DNA of 64,000 nucleotides from positions 64,001-128,000 of the forward strand of contig CAVWLW010000054.1 of the NCBI GenBank assembly GCA_963755715.1, written 5' to 3'. Each line of letters opens with the position of its first letter. The first letter of the stretch is position 1. Under the pieces are notes generated by a model. That model was not told where the DNA came from and did not search any database. It worked only from the letters and a program-made list of their open reading frames with translations. The DNA is from an uncultured delta proteobacterium. GTDB lineage: Bacteria > Desulfobacterota > Binatia > UBA9968. Below, piece after piece: positions 9,998 to 19,860 of the stretch. A program made the position numbers and the translations under genes.

Positions 9998-11047
9998 TCA
10001 GGATTGACGCACGAGCGGCGCTTTGCGCAACGCGGTTAAATCCGCCGCGCCGACGCAAAGCATGCTGACCTTGAGCTCATGGATCACGCCGGCGATAAAT
10101 TCTATCACCTTTGCCGAAGACTCCAATGCCGCGGCCAAAAGCGGTTGGCCGAAGGCGCCGAGGTCGGCCCCGAGGGCGATTGCCTTGGCGATATCGACGC
10201 CGCTGCGAACGCCACCGGAAGCGATTAATTGAATATCCGGCAGCGCTTGGCGCACGCTGACGAGCGCCTCCTCGGTCGGAATGCCCCAGGCGGCAAAGGC
10301 CGTATCAGGCCGCTTACCCTGTTTCACGGCGCGCTGCGCTTCGACGGCGGACCAAGAAGTCCCGCCGTATCCGGCGACGTCGAGCGCTTTGACGCCGGCG
10401 CGCTGCAATCGGATGGCCGCGTCGACTGAGATGCCGTTGCCGACTTCCTTGGCGATCACGGGAACTTCGAGATCACGGCACACCGCCGCGATTTTCTCAC
10501 CCAGTCCTTTGAAGTTGCGATTGCCTTCGGGCTGAACCGCTTCCTGCAGAACGTTTAAATGCAAAATCAGCGCGTCGGCGCCAATCATCGACACCGCGCG
10601 CCGGCAATGCTCAACTGTGTACCCGTAGTTGAGCTGCACCGCGCCGAGATTACCGAACAGAAGAATATCCGGCGCGACGTCGCGCACCTCAAACGAACCC
10701 GCCGCGGACGGCTCTTCGACGGCGACTCGTTGCGAACCGACGCCCATCGCCAGTCCCAAGCTCTGCGCCGCCGCGGCGAGATTGCGATTTACTTTGCGCG
10801 CCAGATCGAAGCCGCCGGTCATCGAGGAAATCAGGATCGGTGCCTGCAATCGTTTGCCGAGAAACGTCGTGCTCAGATCGATCTCATCGATGTCGAGCTC
10901 CGGCAGCGCGTTGTGGACGAAGCGATAGCGGCTAAGACCCGTGCCGGATGCGCTCGTGACGCTCTCGGTATCGAGGCAGATTTCTAGATGCTCTTTTTTG
11001 CGTTTTTGGGTTTTGGTGAGGGCTTTGATCACCCGGCGGCGTGGCAT
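9998..11047 (-). CDS. fni: Type 2 isopentenyl-diphosphate delta-isomerase (FMN-dependent)
   Basis: RKKEHL, SMTGG, GVGSQR, NLGAVQL, HLNVLQE, KEVGNG, GYGGTSW. Confidence 0.96.
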   Translation of the reverse strand: MPRRRVIKALTKTQKRKKEHLEICLDTESVTSASGTGLSRYRFVHNALPELDIDEIDLSTTFLGKRLQAPILISSMTGGFDLARKVNRNLAAAAQSLGLAMGVGSQRVAVEEPSAAGSFEVRDVAPDILLFGNLGAVQLNYGYTVEHCRRAVSMIGADALILHLNVLQEAVQPEGNRNFKGLGEKIAAVCRDLEVPVIAKEVGNGISVDAAIRLQRAGVKALDVAGYGGTSWSAVEAQRAVKQGKRPDTAFAAWGIPTEEALVSVRQALPDIQLIASGGVRSGVDIAKAIALGADLGAFGQPLLAAALESSAKVIEFIAGVIHELKVSMLCVGAADLTALRKAPLVRQS

Positions 11048-11068
11048 GTCAGCGCAGCGACAGCGAGA

Positions 11069-11737
11069 TCACCGCTGCTTTTTCGCTTCCTTGCGTTCTT
11101 TGGCCGCGGTAATCGGCGTGGTCTTGGATGCGTCGGGATGGCGGCTCATGCCTTCATCGTCCCAACGATGGAAGAGCTTCACATCGATGTCGAATTGATC
11201 GAGAATCCGTGTGACGGTTTGATTGATGACGTCATTCAAAGTCTTGGGACGATGATAGAACGCCGGCACCGGCGGGAAAATAATCGCGCCCATGCGCGTG
11301 AGCGAGGCCATCGCTTCCAAATGGCCGAGATGCAGCGGCGTCTCGCGTACGACCAGCACGAGCTTTTTTCGCTCTTTCAATACCACGTCGGCGGCGCGCA
11401 CCAACAAGTCCGCGCCGAGCGAATGGGCGATGGCGCCCATGGATTTCATCGAACAAGGCACAATCACCATCCCTTCGGTGCGAAACGATCCGCTCGAAAT
11501 GCTCGCGCCGACGTTGCTGATGTCATGAACGACGTCGGCCATCGCTTCCACGTCTTTCACGGAAAAAGGCGTCTCCACCTGAATCGTCATCCGGCCGGCT
11601 TTGCTCATGACGAGATGCGTTTCGATGTCGTCGATCTTGGCGAGGATCTCCAGCATGCGCACGCCGTAGATCGCGCCCGTCGCTCCCGAGATGCCGATGA
11701 TCAATCTTTTTTTCTGATTCAATTGAGGAACTCCCAA
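11069..11737 (-). CDS. ubiX: Flavin prenyltransferase UbiX
   Basis: GISGATG, PCSMKS, RAADVVLKERKKLVLVVRETP, PPVPAFYHRP. Confidence 0.97.
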   Translation of the reverse strand: MGVPQLNQKKRLIIGISGATGAIYGVRMLEILAKIDDIETHLVMSKAGRMTIQVETPFSVKDVEAMADVVHDISNVGASISSGSFRTEGMVIVPCSMKSMGAIAHSLGADLLVRAADVVLKERKKLVLVVRETPLHLGHLEAMASLTRMGAIIFPPVPAFYHRPKTLNDVINQTVTRILDQFDIDVKLFHRWDDEGMSRHPDASKTTPITAAKERKEAKKQR

Positions 11738-12132
11738 GTGAGTTGATCGCCGTCGCCGACGCCCAGATGTTCTTTCAGCCGCAGCGGCGCGACGATTTCG
11801 ATTTTGTCATCCGGATAATTTTCGACTTCGGGAAATAGCACCGCGCCCAAGATTTTCTCGGGAACTTTACCCGCTCGTCCGATAATTGCAATCGGATAGA
11901 GCCGGGCATTACAAAAATTTCCGCGCGCCGGTGCCAGCGCTACGCCGGCCGATCCCTCGCGCACCCGCTGCCAAACGGCCGCGTCCTCGGCTGCCCTGGG
12001 CCGGACGTTCAGCGTTGCCGGAAAAGGGGTGAATCCCAAACATTGCTTCAAAGCCGCCTGCACCCAATCCAAAGCCATGAACGAAGCAGCTTGACCGAGA
12101 TCGGAAAATATTATGCCGCTCATCTGCTGCAC
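11719..12132 (-). CDS. ribK: CTP-dependent riboflavin kinase (archaeal type, DUF120)
   Basis: G.IFSDLGQA..F, LGF.PFPATLNV, GAVLFP, IEIVAP..LKE.L...DGD align by eye with archaeal RibK (GEVVSGLGEG, LGFEPY.GTLN, IEIIAP..LR...L.DGD). Confidence 0.85.
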   Translation of the reverse strand: MQQMSGIIFSDLGQAASFMALDWVQAALKQCLGFTPFPATLNVRPRAAEDAAVWQRVREGSAGVALAPARGNFCNARLYPIAIIGRAGKVPEKILGAVLFPEVENYPDDKIEIVAPLRLKEHLGVGDGDQLTWEFLN

Positions 12133-12144
12133 GGCTTGGCTTCG

Positions 12145-12918
12145 TCAATGGCCGGAAAGCGAAGCTGCGTCGCCGCCGCGCCGCACTTTGATGACTTCGC
12201 CGAGAATCGACAGAGCGATTTCCGCCGGCGTCTCGGTCCCGATGTCGAGACCGATGGGAGCATAAACCCGCTCGATCAACTCTTCGCTGATCTTATCTTC
12301 ATCGCGAAATCTCTGGAAACAGGCTTTGATCCGGCGCCGGCTGCCAATCATGCCGATATATTTCGCCTGGCTCGGCAGAACCACCCGCAAGCAGGGCTCG
12401 TCATAAGCATGCCCGCGCGTAATCAGCACGATGTAATACGAGGGCGTGATGGTCATCTCTTTGAGCATCTGCGCCATGTCACCGACCAAAACTTCATCGG
12501 CGTCGGGGAACCGCTCGCGGTTGGCGTAGAGCAAACGATCATCGATAACCGTCACGTGAAAATCCAAGACTTTGGCGATTTTAACCAACGGCACCGCGAT
12601 ATGACCGGCGCCAACCACGATAAGCTTCGGCGGCGACGGCATCACTTCGAAAAAGACTTCCAGCTTGCCGCCGGCTTGCGGAATGTTCAGCGAAACCAGC
12701 TGTGATTTTTCGGCGCGTAAACGGCTGGCGCTCTCTTCGACGATCGCCTGGACGACGCGCGGATCGCCGATCGTTTCGCCGCTTACTTTTTCATCGCGTA
12801 CCAGACATTTCGCTCCCGGCTCAACGTGCACGCCGGCCTCGACCTCGACGACGGTGGCCAGCACGGCCGCCGCGCCTGCTTCGCTGATCTGAACCAGTTC
12901 TTCGGAGAGTGAAATCAT
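12145..12918 (-). CDS. xdhC: XdhC/CoxI family molybdoenzyme maturation factor
   Basis: LIVVGAGHIA, VIDDR, TRGH..D, YIGMIGSRRR, APIGLDIG.ETPAEIALSI. Confidence 0.93.
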   Translation of the reverse strand: MISLSEELVQISEAGAAAVLATVVEVEAGVHVEPGAKCLVRDEKVSGETIGDPRVVQAIVEESASRLRAEKSQLVSLNIPQAGGKLEVFFEVMPSPPKLIVVGAGHIAVPLVKIAKVLDFHVTVIDDRLLYANRERFPDADEVLVGDMAQMLKEMTITPSYYIVLITRGHAYDEPCLRVVLPSQAKYIGMIGSRRRIKACFQRFRDEDKISEELIERVYAPIGLDIGTETPAEIALSILGEVIKVRRGGDAASLSGH

Positions 12919-13312
12919 TTACTTGCCGGCGCTGCTTCCCGCTCCCGCTCATTCCACCAGGGATCGATAAATACGTTCATGATGCCGCCGCACACGGCCG
13001 GGCTGTCCGAGGAAATATCGTCCAGAAGGTCGACGCGCACCGTTCTCGGCTTGCGCGTGCGAATCACCTCGATCGCCTCACGCTTCACATCCGCCTCGCC
13101 GCAACCGCCGCCGATGGTGCCGAGGATTTCCCCCAGGCCGTAACCACCATCTTGGCGCCGACTTCGCGCGGCGTCGAGCCTTTGGTTGAGACGATGGTTG
13201 CCACAGCCAAGGTTTCTCCCTTGTCGAGAAATTCCTTTACCTGGTGATAAATCGAATCTTTCTTTTTGCCTTCCAGGTCCGCATCCGTATAACAAGCGCC
13301 GGGTCCAGCCAT
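12915..13312 (-). CDS. Stand-alone XdhC/CoxF N-terminal domain protein (1-nt deletion in a G5 run near 13132)
   Basis: ATIV.TKGSTPRE.GAKM (ORF 13085..13312) joins GTIGGGC.EA...CGG.M.VFIDP (ORF 12915..13295) if the run is G6. Confidence 0.88.
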
Positions 13313-13379
13313 GTTCGTTCCTCCAATAATGAAGATTAGAATTGCAGTCGGCGATCCTCCATCCTCGATCTACAACTCG

Positions 13380-14591
13380 CTAGGCCACCTTCTGCAGCGT
13401 CCGCCCGAGAGCGACCAAACTATTTACGTTATGCACGGACAAAAACAAATCGAGATAAGGCAACGCTGCTTGCATGCCTTTGCACAGCGGCTCGTAGTTC
13501 TCGCTCGCCAAAAGCGGATTGAGCCAAATAATTTTCTTGCAGCGCCGCTTCAGATCTTGCATCTCGCGTTCGAGCAAGCTCACATCGCCGCGGTCCCAGC
13601 CGTCGCTGATGATCACGACGACGGTCCGGTGAGTTACCATGCTCGGCGCAAAGTCGCGATTGAAAGTGTGCAGCGAGCGGCCGATGTTGGTGCCGCCGGA
13701 CCAGCCGAGAATGCTGCCGGAGATCTTTTCCAGCGCGTTGACGATGTCCTTGGTACGAATGAGGTGCGTGATCCGGCTGAGCGAGGTGCTGAAAACAAAA
13801 GTCTCCACGCCCCACAGTTCGTTCTGCAGGCCATACATGAATTGAATCAAGAATCGGCTGTAGCAGTCCATCGAGCCGCTGACGTCGCAGAGCAGCACGA
13901 CTTTGGTTTTTTTGATGCGGCGCTTGCGATGCACCAACTCGACGAGCTCGCCGCCGTATTTCATGCTGCGGCGCATCGTCCAGCGTGGATCCACCGTATT
14001 GCCCTTGCGGCCGATTTTTTTGCGCCGGCTGATTTGCGTCGCGATCTTGGTCGCGATCAGGAGAATCGCGCGCGCGACGGCGCGGCTCTCCTCCACGCCC
14101 ATCTCGCTGAAGTCTTTGCGGTTCATCAGCTCTTGCGGGCTATAGGTCGGCACCGAAAACTCGTCGAGATTTTCCAGCGGCAAGTTTTCCTTGGCTAGGG
14201 TCTCTGCCGTGGCTTCTTCGAGTCCGCCTTCTTCGTCGCCGCCTTCGGGCGCGGGCGACTCGCTCGGCGTGCCTTCGATCTCCATGGTTTCCATCGGCAC
14301 CCGCTCGTAGCTCATCTCGCGCCAGAAGGAATCGAACAACAAGTCAAAGGCGGGAAAATCTTCTTTCTGCGAGACCATATTCGCGCGCAGCAAGGCTCTG
14401 AAGTCGGTCTTCTCGGCGAGATCGACGTGCTCCACCGCCCGTGAGGCGTCGAGCACTTGACTGAGACTTACTTTGACGCCCAACTGTTTGAGCGCGCGGG
14501 CAAACGCCATCAGATTGGGCAAGGTTCCTTGGCCGCGTGCCCCCGCCACGCTGTTGACCGCCGCCGCGATTGTTTCTGAAGTGACTTCCAT
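13380..14591 (-). CDS. coxE: VWA-domain CoxE-like protein
   Basis: F.R.L...G, LCDVSGSM (MIDAS), WSGGT.IG, ISDGWD, IIWLNP. Confidence 0.92.
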   Translation of the reverse strand: MEVTSETIAAAVNSVAGARGQGTLPNLMAFARALKQLGVKVSLSQVLDASRAVEHVDLAEKTDFRALLRANMVSQKEDFPAFDLLFDSFWREMSYERVPMETMEIEGTPSESPAPEGGDEEGGLEEATAETLAKENLPLENLDEFSVPTYSPQELMNRKDFSEMGVEESRAVARAILLIATKIATQISRRKKIGRKGNTVDPRWTMRRSMKYGGELVELVHRKRRIKKTKVVLLCDVSGSMDCYSRFLIQFMYGLQNELWGVETFVFSTSLSRITHLIRTKDIVNALEKISGSILGWSGGTNIGRSLHTFNRDFAPSMVTHRTVVVIISDGWDRGDVSLLEREMQDLKRRCKKIIWLNPLLASENYEPLCKGMQAALPYLDLFLSVHNVNSLVALGRTLQKVA

Positions 14592-14597
14592 CGAACC

Positions 14598-15518
14598 TTA
14601 ACTCACCATCTCGGGCGACGCCCTCAATAGCGCGTCCAAGTTAAGTTGCCGTCCTTCGACCTGGTCGCGCAAATGATGCAAGTCCTCGCGGTATTTAAAT
14701 ACGCAACCCATGGTTTCGACGACGGTCTTGTCGTCCAAATTTTTGCGGTTGAGTGCGATCAACGCCGAAGCCCAATCGAGGGTTTCGGCCACGCCGGGCC
14801 GCTTGTAAAAATTCATCTCGCGGACCTTTTGCATAAAGGCGCAAATCTGCTGCGCCATCTTGGCTTCGACCGCGGGAAACTTGGTCGTTATGATCTCGTA
14901 CTCCTTTTCGAAGCTCGGATACTCGATCCAATGATAGAGACAACGGCGTTTGAGCGCATCATGGATTTCCCGCGTGCGGTTGGACGTTAGAAACACGTAG
15001 GGCCGGTGTTTCGCCGCGATCGTGCCGAGTTCGGGGATGGTAATTTGAAAATCCGACAGGACCTCGAGCAAAAACGCCTCGAACTCCATGTCGGCGCGGT
15101 CGATCTCGTCGATCAGCAGCACCGGCGGGTTGGCGCCGTCGGTTTGGATTGCCTCGAGCAACGGGCGCTTGACCAAATATTCTTCACTGAAGATCTCGGT
15201 CTCGACTTTTTGCCTATCGCCGTGCTCGACTTCTTCCAATTTAATACGCAGCATCTGCTTGGGATAATTCCACTCGTAGAGGGCCGTGTTGGCGTCGAGC
15301 CCTTCATAACACTGGAGCCGGATCAGTTTGGCATTAAGCACCTTGGCTAAAACTTTAGCGATCTCGGTTTTACCGACTCCGGCTTCTCCCTCCAGAAGCA
15401 ACGGCTTACCCATCACGAGCGATAGATAGACTACCGTGGCCAAGGCACGGTCGCACACATATTTTTCCTTAAGCAGAATCTCCTGGACATGCTCGATCGT
15501 CAATTGATTTGGATTCAC
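14598..15518 (-). CDS. coxD: MoxR-family AAA+ ATPase, CoxD-like
   Basis: LEGEAGVGKT, RLQCYEGLD, YEWNY..Q, LLIDEIDRAD.EFEA, DALKRRC, PGVAETLDW. Confidence 0.93.
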   Translation of the reverse strand: MNPNQLTIEHVQEILLKEKYVCDRALATVVYLSLVMGKPLLLEGEAGVGKTEIAKVLAKVLNAKLIRLQCYEGLDANTALYEWNYPKQMLRIKLEEVEHGDRQKVETEIFSEEYLVKRPLLEAIQTDGANPPVLLIDEIDRADMEFEAFLLEVLSDFQITIPELGTIAAKHRPYVFLTSNRTREIHDALKRRCLYHWIEYPSFEKEYEIITTKFPAVEAKMAQQICAFMQKVREMNFYKRPGVAETLDWASALIALNRKNLDDKTVVETMGCVFKYREDLHHLRDQVEGRQLNLDALLRASPEMVS

Positions 15519-15862
15519 GCTCGCCTCACCTGCAAAGATTAATTTTTGGCCGGTTCCTTAGCGGATGGAGTGGGTAACGGATAACATGAACAACCGCCCG
15601 ACATTCCCTCCACAGCAATGTCTCAGCCATTCTGGAAATCGAATAACGATACTCTCTTTCATCACCCCGATCAACGTCGTCGCTAACGACCTCCAAACGC
15701 GGCTGGCAACAGCAGAACAATCAGCTATTCTAATCATAACAAACGAATATCGATTAGGAAAATCCTCGAAGATGACGGGTTCCTGCCGCGCACTCGACAC
15801 GGCTTGAACTCGATTTAAAGAATAAAAAGGCGACCCGCAGTCCACCCGCGGGAGAACAAGAT

Positions 15863-15880
15863 GAGCCGCATGCACGGCTC
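15863..15880 (-). terminator. Possible intrinsic terminator after gspD
   Basis: GAGCCGU-GCAU-GCGGCUC hairpin on the minus strand followed by AUCUUGUUCU. The U-tract is weak. Confidence 0.35.
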
Positions 15881-15909
15881 GGAAGGACAGCAGAATAACC
15901 GCGGCGCGT

Positions 15910-18899
15910 CTAATTAGCGGCTACGTAGGCGCGCTTAAAATCCGTAGAACTAGCCAGAGAATTTCTCAATTGATTGGCCGCTTCAAGATCGACAAACCGC
16001 CCGATACGAACCCGATGCCAGGTTTGGCTGGCGAGTTGGACCGTCATCACATAGGCATCGTAGCCGTGCTGGCGCAAGAAATCAGCCATCGTCTGCGCAT
16101 CTTTTTCTGCCGCCAACGAGGCAACTTGGACTGCCCATTGTTGCTGGGTCTTGATTTCAAGTCGGCGGTTCACGGGGGGCTGCGGAGCCACATTCGTTGT
16201 TCCCATAGGCCGTGTAACCGAGAGCGCATGCAAAGCGATGGGCGATTGTGCCACTTTACCGGGCGGGACAGAAGCGACACTTTCAGAACTCGTACGGTCG
16301 CGGACATCGGAATATGCGCCATATCCTGGCGCCGCGTTTCGTTCCGGATTCGAAAGTATTGTGGTTTTTTGAAGCGACCGAGCCGGGGCGCCGGGCATTA
16401 ACAGTAAAGCACTTGGAGCCGGAGCGGGTGGCGGCGGATTAGGTATCGGAGGCGGATCGCTCAACGGCCCAGGTAAAGCTGGGCGATTTTCTAGTGGCCT
16501 TTGCTGTAGATTTTGTCGTTCTCTTCCCATTCGCTCCAGTTCATTTCGCACCGCTGAAAGCGATTTTTTAAAGTCTTCGGTAACCGACCTGGCTTCGTCG
16601 CGATTGCGGACGACGTGTGGTGTAATCAGCATGATCAGCTCAGTGCGATCGAGGGTATCGTTTGTTGTGCCAAAAAAACGGCCGAAGACGGGAATATCCA
16701 TGAGATAAGGAATTCCAGATCGAGTTCTGGTTTTGTTCTCGCCGATCAGCCCGCCGATAACCAACGTTTCACCATCTAGGACGACTGCCGTCGTTTCCGC
16801 ATCTTGGGTATTAAAGGTCGGAAATGTTTCTCCAACGTTACCTACCGGGATGTTATCACCGAGCGCGCTCACTTCAGCTTTGAGCTGCAGATTCACCAAT
16901 CCTTGGGCATTCACTTGGGGAATGATCGTCAAAATTCTTCCTGTATTGCGGTATTGGATGGTGGTACTCGATACGATGGTTCCCGTGTTCGTTGTGAGGG
17001 TGCCCGTGGGAATCGGTATCTCGGCTCCCACTTGGATGCGCGCGGGACGGTTGTCGCTGGCAAGCACACTGGGAGACGATAGCAGTTTGACGCGCGAGTC
17101 CGTCATCAGAGCGGTAACAAACGCTCGAACCGTGTCACCTGTTCCTATGACTCCACTTAGTCCTCCACCTTTTGTAAACGCCGCAAGGGCGCCGCTCAAC
17201 AACGCGCCACGAGAGTTGAACGTTTTGTCGAAAATTTTCACATCACCGAATCGGCGCAAGATCTCGTAATCGACACCAAATGTTTCGTTGTTCTTCAAGT
17301 CGACTTGCAATATCAACGCATCGATCAAGACCTGGCGCGGTGCCGCGTCCAATTCCTTGAGGATATTTTTGATGTTTTGAAACTCCTGCACCGTACCGTA
17401 GATGATCAGCGAATTGGTTGCCGGATCCGGCACGATCCTCATCTGTTCCTGTTGTTGCTGCTGTTGTTGCTGACCTTGCGTTCCTGGTGTTGTCGGTCGC
17501 GGCGCGCCCGGTATCTGTGGCGCTGGCGGCTGGGGCGGTACAACCGTCGGGGGCGCTGTTTGGCCCGGTGCTGGAACCGCGGCGTAGGCTCCGAGCGGCC
17601 GACTCTGCTGACCGAATGAGCCCGAGGAGCCCGAAGAGCCCGAAGAGCCGAAAGGCGAACCGGTAGAGCCGCTTCCCGTTGTTGAACCCATCCCTCCTGC
17701 TGTCGAACGATGTAAATCTTGCAGCGTTCGCGTGGTATCTCGTCTGCCCGTTGACGGTTGGCCGAGGGCTTGGCTAATGACATCGGCCAATTCGGTCCGC
17801 CTTACCGTTGTCGACTGGATAAATAAATATGCGCCGGCCTGGTCCCTCGGCAATAACATCGATGCGATCCAGCCAGCGCTTGGCATAGGTCCATGCCGCT
17901 TCGCTGTGACTGATAACCAAGAGCTGATTGATGCGCGGCAAGGCGATGAATTCCGCGGCAAAGCTTTCGGCCTGCGCCGCCGAGGCGGCAAATGACTGCA
18001 TCACCTTGGTCATTTCCTGAGCCAGCTCTTCGGCGCTGGCAATCTTCGGTTGGTAGATCTCCATGCGCGTGCCGGCGAAGACTTGTACGTCGATCAGGTC
18101 GGCGATTTCCGCGAGCCTTTGAATATTCGAAGGCAGATCCATGACGATAAGAAAGTTGCCGCGCGGATTTTCGATGATCTCGCCACCCGGCTGCAAAAAC
18201 GGCGTCAAGACCCGCTTCAATTCCGCCACCGCAAAAAAGCGCGCCGGAATCACTTGAAGCGCGAAGCTATCCTCTCGGCCCTGTCCCACGGGACGAGCTA
18301 GACCTTTGCCGTCTTTGATCGGCATGATGTGGTAAAGATTGCCGGTGCGCACAGCTACGGCGCCGTTCATGCGCAATATTTGATGAAACACCGGCAGGAG
18401 ATCTTCGGCTCGGAGCGGCTCGGCGCTGTTGATCGTCACCGTGCCTTTGACTTCGGGATCGATGGTATAAGTCAGACGCAATTGTTGCGCGATGATGTGA
18501 ATGATTTCCACCAGGTCCGCACGATTGAAATTCAATGAGATCATGCCGCCCGAAGGAATTGATTGCGTCGGGGTAAATCGTCCTCTGCGGCGCCGGCGGC
18601 GTGGGTGATCCTTGCGTCTCGCCAGCGTCCGGCGCCGATTGAGCCGGAGCCTGCTGAGCTTGCGGCGCAATTTGCGGGCTGGGTTGCGGTGCAGCACCGG
18701 GCGGTTGACTTGGCACGGGAACCCGCCGCGGTATTACCGGCGGCTTATTTGGATCAGGGGGCTGTGGCGCACCCGGAACAGACTGCCCAGGCGTCGGTCC
18801 AGGTTGAGTGGGTACAGGCACCTGTTGCGCCGCGAGCGGCACGACGACTCCCGCCACCGAAACGAACGCGGCCATTCGGATTGTGCACTTTCCTGCCAT
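15910..18899 (-). CDS. gspD: Type II secretion secretin GspD with C-terminal SPOR domain (frameshifts near 18585 and 17797)
   Basis: Three ORFs chain together: signal peptide plus P/Q-rich arm; N0-N2 (ISLNF..ADL, GTVTI); N3 plus secretin core (RQVLIDA, P.IPYLMDIP..G.FF, RTELI..ITP). Then a Pro-rich linker and SPOR (WAVQVAS...WHRVRIGRF). Confidence 0.92.
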
Positions 18900-18919
18900 G
18901 AAATTTCCCCTTCTCCTAA

Positions 18920-19624
18920 TCACGAATCGGGAGTTGGACTCCCAGGAACTGGGACTCTGCCGCGGCGCGGCAAGTTTGGCAAAACCCGCGGCGTAACAAC
19001 AGGTCCTGGAACAGGTCCTGGGGTAGCGATCTGACCGGCCGGCGCCGCTCGCGGAGCCGCAACATCGACTTTCCGGAAATAGTCCAACAGAACTTCCACC
19101 CGCGCCGCATCCTTCGTAAAAACCACTTTTTTATCAGCGATCTCAGCCAATCGATAACCTTCAAGATCGTCGCCGAGCTTTAACCGCATCGGCTGTGGCG
19201 GCTGCGGCGGAACCGGTTGCCCACCGCTCGAATTCACGCCGTCTTGCAAAATCGCCGTGCGGTTATTGCCAATGATTACCGTGCCGATCAAGATCACGTT
19301 GCGAACCCGTTGGGAAGATCGCGAATTTTCCTCCGCTTCGCGGGTCGCGCCGGCGCCTCTTTCGGGATCGAAAAGATTTTTGCTGATGATGTTATCGGTA
19401 TTAAATGCCACTTTGGCTGGCGCGAGCGATTTTTCACCCGCCGCTGCGATAGGCAAGGTTTTAGTCGGCATGGGAAAATCCCAGGGGCCTGCTTTCCATG
19501 ATGAATAAGTATGCCAACCAATCACCCCGATGGCGCCAACCATGAGAATGCTCAGCAGTGATGATCGGGTTAAAATCGCGCTATTCCTCCTCTCCACCGA
19601 GCTTGTCAGAATCGAGGGGTTCAT
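18920..19624 (-). CDS. gspC: GspC-like type II secretion protein (no PDZ)
   Basis: One TM, NLFDPER, LIGTVI.G...AIL, ..GD.LEGY.L.EI..KKV HR-domain pattern, located just upstream of gspD. Confidence 0.7.
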   Translation of the reverse strand: MNPSILTSSVERRNSAILTRSSLLSILMVGAIGVIGWHTYSSWKAGPWDFPMPTKTLPIAAAGEKSLAPAKVAFNTDNIISKNLFDPERGAGATREAEENSRSSQRVRNVILIGTVIIGNNRTAILQDGVNSSGGQPVPPQPPQPMRLKLGDDLEGYRLAEIADKKVVFTKDAARVEVLLDYFRKVDVAAPRAAPAGQIATPGPVPGPVVTPRVLPNLPRRGRVPVPGSPTPDS

Positions 19625-19860
19625 TTACGCCAGGTGGACAACCGGGTCAAAATCTAGGGCCAAATTATACAGGTTTACGCCCAATTTGAAAATAAAGATT
19701 TTAATCGGGGGCCGCTGCCACGAATTGACCCCGGTCCCCTGCAACCTACCCCATCAGCTTCCCTGCGCCTTTGGCAATCAGCCAACCCCTTATTTAACCG
19801 CGCAAGTTTACGGCAGAATTAAAGTTGATGGCAAATACGCAAGAAAAACCCGGCGTTAGG

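Noticed and set aside
13380-15518. Evidence of aerobic CO dehydrogenase
   Set aside because: Only accessory genes are present. There is no coxMSL, and these families serve many Mo-hydroxylases.
15519-15909. FMN or Moco riboswitch in the operon leader, and small ORFs there
   Set aside because: No recognisable consensus by eye and the ORFs lack motifs. An Infernal/Rfam scan would be needed.
17440-17700. Poly-Gln and Ser/Gly microrepeats in gspD
   Set aside because: Typical disordered N3 loop of secretins. Mixed CAA/CAG codons argue against a contingency repeat.
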